This document shows, piece after piece, positions 62,361 through 64,000 of a stretch of 64,000 nucleotides of DNA (positions are counted from its first letter, which is position 1; each line of letters begins with the position of its first letter). The stretch spans positions 99,822,001 to 99,886,000 of the forward strand of contig NC_058373.1 in the NCBI RefSeq assembly GCF_018350175.1, written 5' to 3'. A model generated the notes under the pieces. That model did not search any database. It saw only the letters and a list, made by a program, of their open reading frames with translations, and had not been told where the DNA came from. Position numbers and translations under genes: made by a program. The stretch comes from Felis catus. Taxonomy: Eukaryota.

Positions 62361-63050
62361 AAACAAATATAGTTCCTAAATATTGTATTCTCAATGTTAG
62401 ACACATCTTCTATGTTTATAAAAATGAGGTGATTTCTAGGGGCTTGGTAAAGAACAAACTAGCTTATCAGGTTTGCATTTACTTTAAGAAAAGCAAATCA
62501 TCTCATGTTTTCCTATAACAAACAGACCACTGTGAATTATTGGGTCCATGCTCATAAAATACCAGATTGCTTTCTCTTAGGAAAAACAGATTATGATCAG
62601 AAAGTTTTGAAAGCAGAGAACAGAGCTTAATCAGAAATTCCTCCCAGGGACTATGGGAAGCAATTGAGGATGAATCAGAACACTCAGACTGAAGAAGCAT
62701 CAGGTACTAGTTGTGTGTTCAAGGTTTTCCTGATGCCACATTCAACTTTATGTAAGACATGCAAGGCATGGGAGCCCCTGCCTTGCATCTTAGCACTTGG
62801 GAGGGCCTTTGGAATAGAAATGGAAAAGGGACATAGCTTCTGAGGGAAGCTGGGCAACTGTGGACTACTGACTTTGTGGAATAACTTTGGGACAATGTAG
62901 AAAGAGGGAGCATTATTCCGAAGGAAAAACAACAACCCATTGTATATATTATCAAGGATTAAAAATATCAAAGTAAACTTTTAGAAATCCTTGATAGCCT
63001 TGAAAAAAATACATTTTTACAAAGCATAAAGTAACACAGATTCTGAGAGC

Positions 63051-63274
63051 AGGGCGGGTGACTGGGTGGCTCAGTCGGTTGAACATCTGACTTCAGCCCA
63101 AGTCCTCATCTTGTGATCTGTGAGATGGAGTCCCGCGTCGGGATTTGTGCTGACAGTTTAGAGTCTGGAGACTGCTTCAGATTCTGTGTCTCCTTTTCTC
63201 TTTGCCCCTCTCCCACTCATATTCTCTCTCTCGCTCTCTCTCAAAAATAAATAGTTTTTAAAAATTAAAAAAAT
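63051..63274 (+). mobile_element. Can-SINE
   Basis: TSD acagattctgagagc at 63036-63050 and 63275-63289. Confidence 0.94.
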
Positions 63275-64000
63275 ACAGATTCTGAGAGCTATAAACACTT
63301 GAAAGCAGAAAGTGCTTGCAATCTACTACTTAAGATGGCATGATCTAAAACAAAAATTCTTAATAGATGGTAAGAAATTATCTAAAATGCATCCTCCACC
63401 AAATTTGTTTTTTTAAATCCTGCCTAAGCCTGAGATTTTTTTTTTTTTTATTGACTTCTGAATAAGAATTTGGAAAGTCCCAATGTGAAATGTCCAAGAA
63501 GAAATTTCATGATCATAGCTCAGTGGTGTTCTTCCGTGATAAACATGGGAAAGCAATGTTACATTCCATCAACCTCACAGAATGGATTTTAGGATGTGTT
63601 ACCTAGGCCTTCCTTCAGCCTCCTAGAGTTTACTTTCCTTCTCTTAAGGGTTCTTCTTTATGCTGCAATGAATTATGGTCCTAGTTTGATAAAAAACTTG
63701 AATACACAGTTTCAAACCTCTTTCCCCCACATATTCGCCAAACATCTTAGGCAACATCTTTCACTTCTCTGAGCCTTAGTTTCATTATTTGTAATACAAA
63801 AATGAAAATATATACCACTCAGATCTTCCTTCCTAGGGCTTGAGTATAACTCCTTTTCTAAAACATGCAGTATCTTTCCCTATATATCTGAGAATTTACT
63901 TCAGTTTGATAGCAGCTCTATTTTCTCTTAGTTATGCTCTCAATGTTAGACATCTTACATGTTTATAAAAATTGTATTTGAGGGGATTTCTAGGGGCTTG

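Noticed and set aside
62460..62470. tagcttatcag, identical to the first 11 nt of miR-21
   Set aside because: The match stops after 11 nt and there is no miR-21 precursor context; consistent with chance.
1..64000. CRISPR arrays, operons or prokaryotic defence systems
   Set aside because: The DNA is mammalian, and no regularly spaced repeat-spacer array or prokaryotic gene organisation is present.

Overview
Felid (domestic cat-like) genomic DNA, identified from about 28 Can-SINE/SINEC_Fc-type tRNA-derived SINEs and feline/carnivore LINE-1s. The window is repeat-rich and looks intergenic or intronic; I cannot support any intact host protein-coding gene. Most ORFs in the track are repeat-derived or chance. 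The centre (about 32.3-51.5 kb) is one ancient L2 split by successive minus-strand insertions: an L1MB-like fragment, a 5'-truncated young L1, a second L1, and an ERVL LTR that is itself split by a third, older L1. The most notable observations are: (1) the second L1 carries about 435 bp of non-L1 sequence at its 5' end inside a perfect 15-bp TSD, so it is a chimeric or 5'-transduced retrocopy, possibly LTR-initiated and spliced; (2) a 3'-truncated SLC25A6 (ANT3) processed pseudogene sits antisense inside the third L1; (3) a 232-bp near-identical tract between two otherwise diverged neighbouring L1s suggests ectopic gene conversion; (4) a 33-bp templated insertion is flanked by a 13-bp duplication; (5) there are several nested SINE insertions. 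These are genome-evolution footprints; I see no evidence of a new multi-gene biological system. Repeat family names come from recognising consensus motifs by eye, not from a database search.
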